64,000 nt of DNA from an uncultured bacterium (GTDB taxonomy: Bacteria > Oederibacteriota > JAAXVQ01 > JAUVAV01): positions 224,001-288,000 of the forward strand of contig CAVQBK010000001.1 of the NCBI GenBank assembly GCA_963710755.1, read 5' to 3'. The stretch's first letter is position 1, and the number at the start of each line of letters is the position of its first letter. A program made the position numbers and the translations under genes. The notes below the pieces were generated by a model. It worked only from the letters and a program-made list of their open reading frames with translations. It did no database searches and was not told the DNA's origin. Of this stretch, positions 29,552 to 39,453 are shown one piece after another.

Positions 29552-30807
29552 TGGCTTAATTACACTCAAAAGGATGATGATAAATTTAATCCTAACCTTT
29601 CTAAGGAACGCCAAGAAAAAGCTAGTCGTGATCCCATCAGTCAACGTGGCCATGTGCTTGGCAAGTCTTCCGGTAACGAGACCAAAGAGACCTTGCTATC
29701 AGTTACTATCGATAGTCATGCTTTCCTGATTCCGTAAACATCACCAGTTTGGGAGCAGCTAAGTTGGTGAACATTCATATTCCTAGGCTTTGCCATCACC
29801 CCCCCCCCCATATGTGTGTAGCCGGCGTATGCCGTATTTGCGTCGTGGAGTTGGACAACCAGCCAACGTTGCAAACCGCTTGTTCTTTCCCGATCACAAG
29901 CCCGGTGGTGGTAAAGACGTCTAACCCGACCGTGCGCAAGGCCAAACGCCATATACTGGACTTGCTGCGCTCCGAACATCACGGCGGATGCTACGCTTGC
30001 TTTCGCAACAAACGCCGTGAGCTTCAGCGTCTTGCCAAGGAATACGGTGTGGATTTTTACCACTTTGGTCATGTGACACAACCGGCCTTTGAAGTTGACC
30101 TTTTTCCCATGCTGTAGCCCGAGATATGAACAAATATAGTCTTTGTAGCCGATGGCGGTCAATGCATTATCCGATGCCCAGCCGACGCTTACGGGCAGCG
30201 ACTTTGACCTGCCCTTTGGCAATAGCTCCGGAGCCGGTCTTATTTTCGGCGCCACCGGGCTCGTCATGGAAGCCGCCCTAAGATCAGCCGTGGAAATGGT
30301 TACCGGACTAAAGGCCGAGACACTTTGGGGACAGTTGTGGGTGGAGGATGTTCGCGGCTTTGAAGACATCAAGTACATGGAGCTAACCATTCTTCAAGTC
30401 AGATCTATTCCTGGATTATTTGAAAAAGCTCAATATTGAAAATTGGGATTTTTTAAAAGGGGTGACCTTAAAATGGCCGTAGCTCATGGTACGGCCAATG
30501 CCCGCAAAGTCATGGAGAACATACGCCAAGGTGGTAAATTTTCAGAGTGTCACTTCATTGAATTCATGGCCTGTCCGGGAGAGTGTTTGGGTGGCAACGG
30601 TCAACCGATTCCGACTTCCGCGGAAATCAGAAAGGCCCGGGCCCAAGCTATTTACCAAGAGGATGAATCACTGCCGATAAGAAAAGCACATGAGAATCCT
30701 CATGCGCTTCATCTTTACGAGGACTTTTAGCCGATGGGCCCAGTGGCAGCATAAGCCATCATCTGCTGCACACCCATTATACCAACAGGGGTAAGGCGAT
30801 TGTGTGA
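29552..30807 (+). pseudogene. hydA: Decayed [FeFe]-hydrogenase catalytic subunit
   Basis: Fragments IPRLCHHP, GVCRICVVE, TACS, EHHGGCYAC, RDMNKYSLC, SGAGLIFGATG.VMEAALRSA, FIEFMACPGECLGGNGQP, HENP, LLHTHY; stops and frameshifts; L1/L2 H-cluster motifs not found; boundaries approximate. Confidence 0.9.
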
Positions 30808-31308
30808 TGAATATTTACCTTATAAAATAAGGTTAATATAATTTTAGGCAATACCGTTATTTTCTGATATTTTGAGATAACAAAAAAAACTTAGTTGCTG
30901 GCCGGCTTTGGGAAATAGCGCTCCAATGGATCCGGCCAGTTGCGGTTTAACCGTAAGGGCAACTTTTTTATTGTGCCCATCATAAGCTGCGCACAACAGG
31001 GAAGCCATGAAAATGGTTTCTATTGTCGTATCAGATAAGATTCCTTAGCTCTGACCTTTGGGGAGGTTATTTTAAAATTATTGAGCCCTTATAATTAATG
31101 CGGATCCTAGTCCCGGAATCTACATATTCTTTTACGATCATTAGGGCAAACGTAAGCCATCTCACCTAGACGTTTACCGGCCACGAAACGTCCCGCCCGG
31201 GTAAAAGCCCGCCAGTTTCTTCCTGGCATCATCTTAATAAATTTTTTTCTGCTTGTGTTCTCCAGACCGGACTGATAATTTAAGACAGATTTAAATTGGA
31301 GTTGAGCA

Positions 31309-32349
31309 ATGAAAATGGAAACCTGTGAATTAACGCAATGGTTGCAGGAAAGGGACCCTCGTCGACTGGAAGACCTATGGTCAAGGGCCGATCGGCAACG
31401 GGAAGACCATGTTGGCAACCAGGTGCATTTAAGAGGATTGCTTGAAATCTCCAATCATTGCGGGCGTTCTTGCTGGTATTGCGGGCTAAGAAAAGAACGA
31501 ACATCCTTGACACGCTATCGCATGTCCAAAGAGGAAATAATGGACTGCGTGTTACAGGCCCAACGCTTTGGATATGGTACTGTGGTTATCCAAGCCGGAG
31601 AAGATCAAGGGTTGGAAGTTAGCTTCATCTCAAAACTGGTGGAAAAAATCAAGAGCGAGACCACACTGGCTGTAACCCTTTCTTTGGGAGAACAGCCACA
31701 AGAGGTTTATCGAACCTGGCGCGAAGCCGGCGCCGATCGTTATTTACTGCGTATTGAAACAACCAACGAAGAATTGCTAAACCGAATTCATCCTGGCCAA
31801 CCTTTTGGCCAGCGCAAGGATCATCTCAAAACTTTAAAGCAACTCGGCTACGAAGTGGGTTCAGGCATCATGGTGGGCATTCCCGGCCAAACCTATGCCA
31901 TGGTGGTTAATGACTTGTTATGGTTTCAAAGCTTTGACCTGGATATGATTGGTATCGGGCCCTATCTTTCTCATCCACAAACACCGCTGGCCATGATAGG
32001 GCACCCAAGTCTGCCTGACCAAACCGAAAACAGCGAACTGCTTACCAATATAGTGGTGGCCTTGGCCAGACTGGTTTGCCCTCAGTCCAACATTCCTGCC
32101 ACCACTGCTCTGGCCACGGTCAATAAGGCACAAGGGCGCGAGCTGGCCTTGAACCATGGGGCCAATGTGGTTATGCCCAATTTAACGCCCGCTGCATTCC
32201 GTGCCCATTATGACATTTATCCCAATAAAGCCTGTATTGATGAAACCGCGGAGATCTGTCACAGCTGCATAAAAAACCGAATTTTGTCTTTAGGAAGAAG
32301 TCTGGGTAAAGGTCCAGGTAGTCGTATTAGAAACGCTTTTTCCACATAA
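31309..32349 (+). CDS. hydE: [FeFe]-hydrogenase maturase HydE (radical SAM)
   Basis: VHLRGLLEISNHCGRSCWYCG, GADRYLLRIET, GSGIMVGIPGQ, GANVVMPNLTP, YDIYPNK. Confidence 0.93.
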   Translation: MKMETCELTQWLQERDPRRLEDLWSRADRQREDHVGNQVHLRGLLEISNHCGRSCWYCGLRKERTSLTRYRMSKEEIMDCVLQAQRFGYGTVVIQAGEDQGLEVSFISKLVEKIKSETTLAVTLSLGEQPQEVYRTWREAGADRYLLRIETTNEELLNRIHPGQPFGQRKDHLKTLKQLGYEVGSGIMVGIPGQTYAMVVNDLLWFQSFDLDMIGIGPYLSHPQTPLAMIGHPSLPDQTENSELLTNIVVALARLVCPQSNIPATTALATVNKAQGRELALNHGANVVMPNLTPAAFRAHYDIYPNKACIDETAEICHSCIKNRILSLGRSLGKGPGSRIRNAFST

Positions 32350-32416
32350 TAATATAATAGTTATGTCTATGTTATTTATAATTCTAATTAATCAACTTAA
32401 ACGACACTATTTTGAT

Positions 32417-32824
32417 GTGACACACTAAATTAAATTGATTTTATTATTATCTTTTTATACAAAATACACTTATTAATGATTATTCCTTATTGTATATCTT
32501 TTATTAAAGCTATTTTTTTATTACAAAAGCAAGCTGCTTGGCATTTTTTTATCTATTTTTTCAATGATAGGCCTAAATGGTGGGTACAGGCCTATGGCTT
32601 CATTAAAGTTTATTAGGACAAGTGCCTTATGTTTTACAGATTTTTTTCAATACCGCCCTAGGGCTAGAAATAACATCAGGGAGGTTTAAAAATAAAAAGC
32701 GGTCTTTATGCAACAAGAACTAACCATTTAATAAATTAAGTACCTTTTTCATGGCCGTTACACCATCTTGATATTATCTTTAATTTAATATAATTAAATA
32801 GCATTAAAAACAGTGACACACTAA
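32417..32824. repeat. Exact 12-bp direct repeat GTGACACACTAA in an AT-rich intergenic region
   Basis: Copies at 32417-32428 and 32813-32824. Confidence 0.5.
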
Positions 32825-33122
32825 TTATAACCAAATTATTTTACATATTTTAACTAAATATTGATAAATATATAATCATACTTATCGGAATATCATTTAT
32901 CATATTAGGTGTATTAAAAACATTAATTTTTCCAATTGATATTAATTAATAATTGATAACTAAGGTTATTGACCCAAGTCGAAAAGAATGTGTAAAAAAT
33001 AAAAGTTCTCCGAAAATAAACGATCCAGGGAAAAATTAAAGTAAAGCTTTAAATAATTTAATTATTAATTGAATTTAATATGTTTAAATATTAATGTTAA
33101 CATATAACTAGAAGGATAAATT

Positions 33123-34529
33123 ATGACCGAACGCATTGAACAGGACATGTTAGGCAATACTTCAATACCAGAAAATGCTCTTTGGGGCATTCATGCCCAG
33201 AGAGCTTTTGACAATTTTAATCTTTCTTCAAAAAAAATCCCTAAAAGTCTTATTTATGGCTTTGGTGCTGTTAAATTAGCTTGTGCTAAAACCAATCATA
33301 AACTTGGTTATATTGATGATGATAAAATGATATATATTGAAAAAGCTTGTATAGAATTGATGAATGGGCAATGGGATGACCAAATTATTGTTCATCCTAT
33401 GCAAGGTGGGGCTGGAACAAGTACCAATATGAATATCAATGAAGTGATTGCCAATCGCGTCCTGCAATTAATGGGAAAAACACTTGGTGACTATCAGTTT
33501 TGCGATCCCATTGAAGAGATCAATCTTCACCAATCCACCAATGATACCTATCCAACGTCATTACGCGTTTCGGCGTACCAGCAATTGAACTTACTCGAAG
33601 AGGCGGTTGTTCATCTTCACCAGGAAATGGAAACCAAGGAAAGACAGTATGCCCATGTCCTCAAGGTGGGCAGAACAGAACTAATGGATGCCTTGCCTAC
33701 CACGTTCGGGAGAACCTTCGGCGCATGGGCAGAGGCCTTAGGGCGAGATCGCTGGCGCATTTTTAAATGCAAGGAACGACTGCGTGTCATCAATCTGGGC
33801 GGCACTGCCATTGGTACCGGGCTGGGCGCGCCCCGTGAATATATTTTTCACGTGGACGCCATGCTGCGTGACATCACAGGGTTGCCTCTGAGCAGAGCTG
33901 AAAATTTAATGGATGCCACCCAGAACCAGGACGCCTTGGTGGAGGTGATGGGCATCCTAAAAACGCACGCCACCAATTTGATGAAAATCGCAGGAGACTT
34001 GAAGCTGTTGGCCATGGGACCGGAAACCGGACTCAACGAAATTACGCTGCCTGCACTTCAGGCCGGTTCCTCACTTATGCCCGGGAAAGTCAACCCGGTA
34101 ATTCCGGAAATGGTGACCCAGGTGGCTATTGAAGTAATGGCTTCGGACCAGGCGATAACTTTAGGCGTCAGTTTAGGCCAGCTGGAATTGAACGCCCAGT
34201 TGCCATTGGTGGCCATGCATCTATTGGAATCGTTGGAGCTTTTAATTTCAGCCAATTACCTCATGGCCACGAAATGCATACAAGGACTCCGTGTCAATGA
34301 AGCTTATTGTGAAAACAAAGCACGCAAGAGTTCGGCCTTAGCTACTGCTTTGATCCCTTTGCTTGGTTATCATCAAGCCGGCAAAATTGCAGCGCTGATG
34401 CAGGAGCAGGCGTTGAGTTTGGAAGCTGCGGCAGAACGCATTGCCGGTTTATCTCCAGCCCAGTGCGCCGAATGGTTGACCCCGGAAGCCCTAAATGCTC
34501 TGGGCCATCATCTTAAGAGGAGCGTTTAA
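33123..34529 (+). CDS. aspA: Aspartate ammonia-lyase
   Basis: QGGAGTSTNMNINEVIAN, QSTNDTYPT, GRTELMDA, GSSLMPGKVNPVIPE. Confidence 0.92.
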   Translation: MTERIEQDMLGNTSIPENALWGIHAQRAFDNFNLSSKKIPKSLIYGFGAVKLACAKTNHKLGYIDDDKMIYIEKACIELMNGQWDDQIIVHPMQGGAGTSTNMNINEVIANRVLQLMGKTLGDYQFCDPIEEINLHQSTNDTYPTSLRVSAYQQLNLLEEAVVHLHQEMETKERQYAHVLKVGRTELMDALPTTFGRTFGAWAEALGRDRWRIFKCKERLRVINLGGTAIGTGLGAPREYIFHVDAMLRDITGLPLSRAENLMDATQNQDALVEVMGILKTHATNLMKIAGDLKLLAMGPETGLNEITLPALQAGSSLMPGKVNPVIPEMVTQVAIEVMASDQAITLGVSLGQLELNAQLPLVAMHLLESLELLISANYLMATKCIQGLRVNEAYCENKARKSSALATALIPLLGYHQAGKIAALMQEQALSLEAAAERIAGLSPAQCAEWLTPEALNALGHHLKRSV

Positions 34530-34531
34530 TC

Positions 34532-35005
34532 GTGGTCGACCAGCATGCTTACTTCATGAAAAAGGCTATAAATAAGGCTAAAATAGGCATTTCCAAAGGA
34601 CAGACACCTTTCGGTGCTTGCCTGGTTATTAAAGGTCAAGTGATAGTGGCTGCTCATAACCAAGTGTGGGCCACAACGGATATAACCGCCCATGCGGAAA
34701 TCACGGCCATCCGCAAAGCCTGCCGAAAACTAAACACCGTCGATTTAAGCGAAGCCGTGATCTACTCCACTTGCGAACCTTGTCCCATGTGTTTCAGTGC
34801 CATCCATTGGGCGCGCATTCCGGCTATCATTTACGGAGCCGCCATTGGCGATGCCAAGGCCTATGGCTTCAATGAACTGGCCATCAGTAATACCCGCATG
34901 AAAGCCGCCGGTCAAAGTCCCATCCATATCACCAGCGGTGTGGAACGCAAGGCTGTAATGGAGTTGTTTGAACAATGGCAGCAGTTGCAGCCAAGAACGT
35001 ACTAA
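34532..35005 (+). CDS. Zn-dependent nucleoside/nucleobase deaminase (guanine deaminase-like, CDA fold)
   Basis: PFGA, HAE, CEPCPMC, AIHWARI. Confidence 0.9.
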   Translation: MVDQHAYFMKKAINKAKIGISKGQTPFGACLVIKGQVIVAAHNQVWATTDITAHAEITAIRKACRKLNTVDLSEAVIYSTCEPCPMCFSAIHWARIPAIIYGAAIGDAKAYGFNELAISNTRMKAAGQSPIHITSGVERKAVMELFEQWQQLQPRTY

Positions 35006-35087
35006 AATTACAATAATGTAACCAAAACTCTCTTTTCCTTTTAAAATAAGGTTATTTCATGATCGCAAGAAGGCGAGGAAGTCCATT

Positions 35088-36305
35088 ATGCACGAAAAAG
35101 CCCCCCTGAGTTTGCACTTGCACATCGGTTTATTTGGCCAACGCAATGTCGGTAAATCATCCTTGCTCAACGCTCTTACACAGCAAGATGTGGCTATCGT
35201 AGATGCCACACCGGGCACGACCACGGACGTGGTCTCCAAAGCCATGGAATTAAAACCAATCGGTCCGGTTATATTTTTGGATACCGCCGGACTTGACGAT
35301 CAAGGCACGCTTGGTTATAAGCGCGTGGAAAAAACCATGAGCGCTTTAGACCGCACGGACTTGGCACTGGTTGTTTGCGACGGCGTTTGGAGTCCTGACT
35401 TGGAGCCGCTTAGGCGCGAACTGCAGGCACGTGCCATACCCAGCGTGTTGGTTTTTAACAAAGCTGATTTATATGATGACACACGACCATTACTGGAGGA
35501 CCTTGCTTCCTGGACACCCTACCAAGTTAAGGTCTCAGCCAAAACCCAAGCAGGCATGGATGATTTGCGTCAAGCCATTGTGGCGGCAACCCCAAAAAGT
35601 TTTTTTGAAAACCCACCCATTCTGTCCGATCTCATCGGCCCCGGGGATCTGGTGATCATGGTCGTCCCCATTGATTTGGAGGCGCCCAAGGGCAGGCTCA
35701 TTATGCCCCAGGTGCAAACGTTGCGCGAAATCTTGGATTGCGATGCCAAAGCGCTGGTGGTCAAGGAAAGGGAATTGAGTGATGCTTTGAACAATCTCAA
35801 ACAGCCGCCGCGTCTGGTGATTACCGACTCCCAGGCCATCTTAAAAGTGGCGGCTGACGTTCCTCCCGGCATACCCCTCACGGGATTTTCCGTGCTCTTT
35901 GCGCGTTGGAAAGGGGACCTGGAAACCTTTCTGCAGGGCTTGAGCCGTCTCGATGATCTTCACCCTGGAGACCATGTGCTTTTATTGGAGTCCTGCACCC
36001 ATCATCCTGTTGAAGATGACATCGGCCGCGTTAAAATCCCACGCTGGCTCCGGCAATACACCGGCGCTGATCTGCATTTTGATCATCATGCCGGACACGA
36101 TCTGCCTGCGGACTTATCCCCGTATCGCATGATTATTCATTGCGGGGCGTGCATGGGCAACCGGCGGGAAATGCTCAGCCGTATTCTAAAAGCCAAAGCC
36201 GCCGGGGTGCCCATTTCCAATTATGGCTTGGTGATCGCCAAATCGCTGGGTATCCTTCAACGCATGCTCTCGCCATTTCCGCATCTGCAGAGCCTGGTAG
36301 AATAG
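35088..36305 (+). CDS. hydF: [FeFe]-hydrogenase maturation GTPase HydF
   Basis: GQRNVGKSS, GTTTD, DTAG, NKAD, APKGRLIMPQ, CTH...HCGAC. Confidence 0.95.
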   Translation: MHEKAPLSLHLHIGLFGQRNVGKSSLLNALTQQDVAIVDATPGTTTDVVSKAMELKPIGPVIFLDTAGLDDQGTLGYKRVEKTMSALDRTDLALVVCDGVWSPDLEPLRRELQARAIPSVLVFNKADLYDDTRPLLEDLASWTPYQVKVSAKTQAGMDDLRQAIVAATPKSFFENPPILSDLIGPGDLVIMVVPIDLEAPKGRLIMPQVQTLREILDCDAKALVVKERELSDALNNLKQPPRLVITDSQAILKVAADVPPGIPLTGFSVLFARWKGDLETFLQGLSRLDDLHPGDHVLLLESCTHHPVEDDIGRVKIPRWLRQYTGADLHFDHHAGHDLPADLSPYRMIIHCGACMGNRREMLSRILKAKAAGVPISNYGLVIAKSLGILQRMLSPFPHLQSLVE

Positions 36306-36344
36306 GCTATCTTTTAAAAAAAAGCTGTGGTAAAATTTCGCCCT

Positions 36345-37556
36345 ATGAGCACCCCACTGTTCCGAGCACCTCAACTGGGATGGTTCCTTCTGGCCGCGGC
36401 CCTGATCGGTTTGCTGCTTAGCTATATGGTGGACAGCTTGACCCAGCACAGTTTAAACAGCCTAATGCTGGCGGCTGTAGGGCTATTGAGCTCAAGCTTG
36501 CTGCTTTATTGGTGGCTTAGTAATTTTCTCCAAACTCATACGGTAGATTTATCCCAATTCTTTCAACCAAAGGTTGCTTCCCAAACTTTCACCTCCTGGC
36601 GTCATCGTCAACAGGAGCTGTTGCTTACCCGTGCCGGTGATCTAATGGCCTTGCATCAGCAGTTCCATGACCACAAGGCACTGGAACAGGATCACCACCA
36701 GGCTATGGAAGCCTCTCTGGCCTGTATCCAAGATTTTATTAACACGTACACCAAACAAGAAAAAACATTGATGTCGCGGTTCAAAAACATCAACGAAGGG
36801 GCCAAAGACGCGATCCGCCACTTAACAGAGATCAGTACGATCAACACCTCTTTGGTTGAAGCACTTTCTCAGATTGCCGATTCCACCAAGATTATGGCCA
36901 CCAATGCCAATAACACCGCTCAAACCGCCAGTGAGGGTATTAAAAGCGTGGGCCGCGAAATTCAAGCCATGAGTGATTTACGCGCCACGGTCGGCAACTC
37001 GGCCACTACGGTCAACGAGCTTAAAAATTTATCCCATCATATTGCTCATTTCGTAAATACCATCTCCGCCATCAGCAAACGCACCGAACTGCTGGCGCTC
37101 AATGCGGGTATCGAAGCCGCCCGGGCCGGGGAATACGGACGCGGGTTTTCGGTCGTGGCCGGTGAAATCCGAACCCTTTCCGAGAGTTCCAAGTCTGCAG
37201 CCAATGAAATCGTCCAGGTCATTTCTGAAATGAACATCAAAACCACGGAAGTGGTGGAGATCCTGAAGAACAACAACAAAATGGAAGAAAATATCAAGGT
37301 GGTATACAGTGCCGGTGATACCTTCATGAATATAGTCCGTGAGGTCAATAGTCTAAAAAAGGCGGTGGTTCAAGTCTCAGAGATTACCCGGGAGACTTCG
37401 GAGAAGACCCGCATGATGCTGACCATGCTTGATCAACTGGGCGAAAAAATAATTGTTGAACAAATCGGCAGCGATGACTATCATCTTCATGATGGCGGGA
37501 TGAATATCCATGCCATCGTTACGGCTTGTGAAACCATTAAGGATCATTTAGGGTGA
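36345..37556 (+). CDS. Methyl-accepting chemotaxis-like protein with short signalling domain
   Basis: Two N-terminal TMs; [31 protein letters not shown]. Confidence 0.88.
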   Translation: MSTPLFRAPQLGWFLLAAALIGLLLSYMVDSLTQHSLNSLMLAAVGLLSSSLLLYWWLSNFLQTHTVDLSQFFQPKVASQTFTSWRHRQQELLLTRAGDLMALHQQFHDHKALEQDHHQAMEASLACIQDFINTYTKQEKTLMSRFKNINEGAKDAIRHLTEISTINTSLVEALSQIADSTKIMATNANNTAQTASEGIKSVGREIQAMSDLRATVGNSATTVNELKNLSHHIAHFVNTISAISKRTELLALNAGIEAARAGEYGRGFSVVAGEIRTLSESSKSAANEIVQVISEMNIKTTEVVEILKNNNKMEENIKVVYSAGDTFMNIVREVNSLKKAVVQVSEITRETSEKTRMMLTMLDQLGEKIIVEQIGSDDYHLHDGGMNIHAIVTACETIKDHLG

Positions 37557-37604
37557 CCCGTGGCGGCGAGCCTGGCAACAGAGGACTAACGGGGGAGGGA
37601 ACAA

Positions 37605-37955
37605 ATGCCAGAGATCGAAACCTTCATAAAAAAAACAGGACCAGGCGACAGCATTGATGTTATTCAGGTCAGCGGTATAATTGATACCAACACCTCGCAA
37701 CACTTAAATAAAGTCATAAGCAGTCTTTTGACCTCACAGCATTATAAAATCGTGGTGGACTTGGAAAACGTCAATTATATCAGCAGTGCCGGCTGGGGAA
37801 TTTTCATCGGTGAGATTCGCACCATACAATCCAACCACGGCGACCTTAAACTGGCAGCCCTGACACCGGAAGTTGAGGAAGTCTATCAACTGTTGGAATT
37901 TTACAATATTCTTAAGGCTTACGATTCGGTAGACCAAGCAGTTGCGGATTTTTAA
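37605..37955 (+). CDS. STAS-domain anti-sigma factor antagonist
   Basis: VSGIID, VVDLENVNYISSAG, GDLKL; SD GGAGG. Confidence 0.9.
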   Translation: MPEIETFIKKTGPGDSIDVIQVSGIIDTNTSQHLNKVISSLLTSQHYKIVVDLENVNYISSAGWGIFIGEIRTIQSNHGDLKLAALTPEVEEVYQLLEFYNILKAYDSVDQAVADF

Positions 37956-37966
37956 AAAGAACTGAC

Positions 37967-38611
37967 ATGTCCGGATTACATCTGCATCATCTGACCATCG
38001 GTTGGTTGGAAACCAATTGTTATATTGTCTTTGACCGTCACACCTCGACTGCCATCGTGGTCGATCCCGGGGCTGATGATCTCCGTGTCACCGACTTTAT
38101 CCAATCGCGCCATCTCCAAGTCACCAGCATCATCAATACTCATGGGCACGGTGATCACATTGCGGGTAATGCCGCCCTGAGTCAGGCTTGTCAATGCCCC
38201 ATCTGGATCCATGCCCTGGACCAAGCAGCTTTGCAGGATCCTCGGCAAAATTTATCGGCCTTGATGGGGGCGGCAGTAAGCTCACCGCCTGCATCCAGAA
38301 CCATAGCCGATGGGGATACCATCGGCCTGGGCAGGCATACCCTGCAGGTGTTGCATACACCCGGTCACTCGCCCGGGTCCATTTGTTTACTAAGTGACCA
38401 TTGGTTGATCAGCGGGGACACCTTATTTTACCGATCCGTGGGGCGTACTGATTTACCCGGCGGAAACAGTGAAGCGCTCAGAACCAGCTTGCGGGAAAAA
38501 CTGCTGCCGTTGCCTGACCATCTCCACGTATGGCCCGGTCATGGGCCGGCTACCACCATGGGGCAAGAGCGTCGGCTCAATGCCTATCTTAAAGGGGGAA
38601 AATTATCATGA
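37967..38611 (+). CDS. MBL-fold metallo-hydrolase (glyoxalase II-like)
   Basis: THGHGDH, HTPGHSPG, SGDTLF, GRTDL, PGHG. Confidence 0.92.
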   Translation: MSGLHLHHLTIGWLETNCYIVFDRHTSTAIVVDPGADDLRVTDFIQSRHLQVTSIINTHGHGDHIAGNAALSQACQCPIWIHALDQAALQDPRQNLSALMGAAVSSPPASRTIADGDTIGLGRHTLQVLHTPGHSPGSICLLSDHWLISGDTLFYRSVGRTDLPGGNSEALRTSLREKLLPLPDHLHVWPGHGPATTMGQERRLNAYLKGGKLS

Positions 38612-39360
38612 CATCCAAATCTTTGATCTTGGTCCTCATGTTGGCCGTTTTATTTGTTTTTCCGTACCAACCCCTCCGGGCGGAAGACCAGCCGGAAACG
38701 CCCGCTTGGTCCGGCAACCAAGATGCATCTATGGACCTCAACTTGTCCAATCTCCGGGCTTTCCACGAAGGGGCCATTTTTATGTTGAAACGTTATGCCA
38801 TCTTGGAAGCGGAGGTTCGGGCGCTGGAAAAAGGGCGTCAGGAAAACCAGGCTTTTGCCATTGGTGCGGTATCACTGGTCCCCGGGACCGGCCAACTCAT
38901 CAACCACGATTATGAAACCGGGGGCTTGATGTTGTTTACCACCACCCTCTCTTGGACCACGGTACAGCAACTTGCTTATACCAAGAAAAAACAACAGCAA
39001 CATCTGGATCTGTTGCCTTATTATTATCTTTCCCTGGCTGTTAAAAATGGCGTGATGACTTATGCCATGCTGCACGCCGCCAACCAGCACTACCGTACCC
39101 ATCATGATAAAACCGCTGCCATGTGGACGGGCATGAGTTCCATGCTGCCCGGCGTCGGCCAGGCCATCAATGGGGCCTGGTGGGAAGCAGGTGGTTTTTT
39201 GGTCACCTGGTCTTTAGCGTCTCTTGTCAATGCAGCCTTGGAAGAGAAAATATTTGTTAATAGCGATGATAACTATCTGGTTCAGGACAAGTCTGCCCCT
39301 AACTGGTCCTTGGCTTTATTGCCCGGAGGGGCGCTGCTAGGATACACCCAACGGTGGTAG
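38608..39360 (+). CDS. Hypothetical exported/membrane protein with duplicated PGxGQxIN motif
   Basis: Signal peptide; SLVPGTGQLIN and SMLPGVGQAIN repeats; ends in W. Confidence 0.7.
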   Translation: MTSKSLILVLMLAVLFVFPYQPLRAEDQPETPAWSGNQDASMDLNLSNLRAFHEGAIFMLKRYAILEAEVRALEKGRQENQAFAIGAVSLVPGTGQLINHDYETGGLMLFTTTLSWTTVQQLAYTKKKQQQHLDLLPYYYLSLAVKNGVMTYAMLHAANQHYRTHHDKTAAMWTGMSSMLPGVGQAINGAWWEAGGFLVTWSLASLVNAALEEKIFVNSDDNYLVQDKSAPNWSLALLPGGALLGYTQRW

Positions 39361-39453
39361 ATCATCCACCGGCAGCTTCATAGCGGCCAACTTTTGGCTT
39401 GTGCCTGTATCTTTTGGTTTGTCCAATCCTGTCACTTATAAAGAGGCCCTGTT

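Noticed and set aside
29716-30390. 224-aa minus-strand ORF
   Set aside because: Antisense to recognisable hydA remnants
31140-31215. cgggtaaaagcccg resembling the guanidine-I (ykkC) riboswitch P3
   Set aside because: Upstream TAGGGTTCCG and GGTCCGAG elements and the 3' GGG tail are missing
32338-33122. AT-rich region as a replication origin
   Set aside because: Only one near-match DnaA box (ttttccaca), no cluster, no dnaA/dnaN context
35074-35085. gaggaagtcc resembling RNase P RNA GAGGAAAGTCC
   Set aside because: One base short, and it is simply the hydF ribosome-binding region
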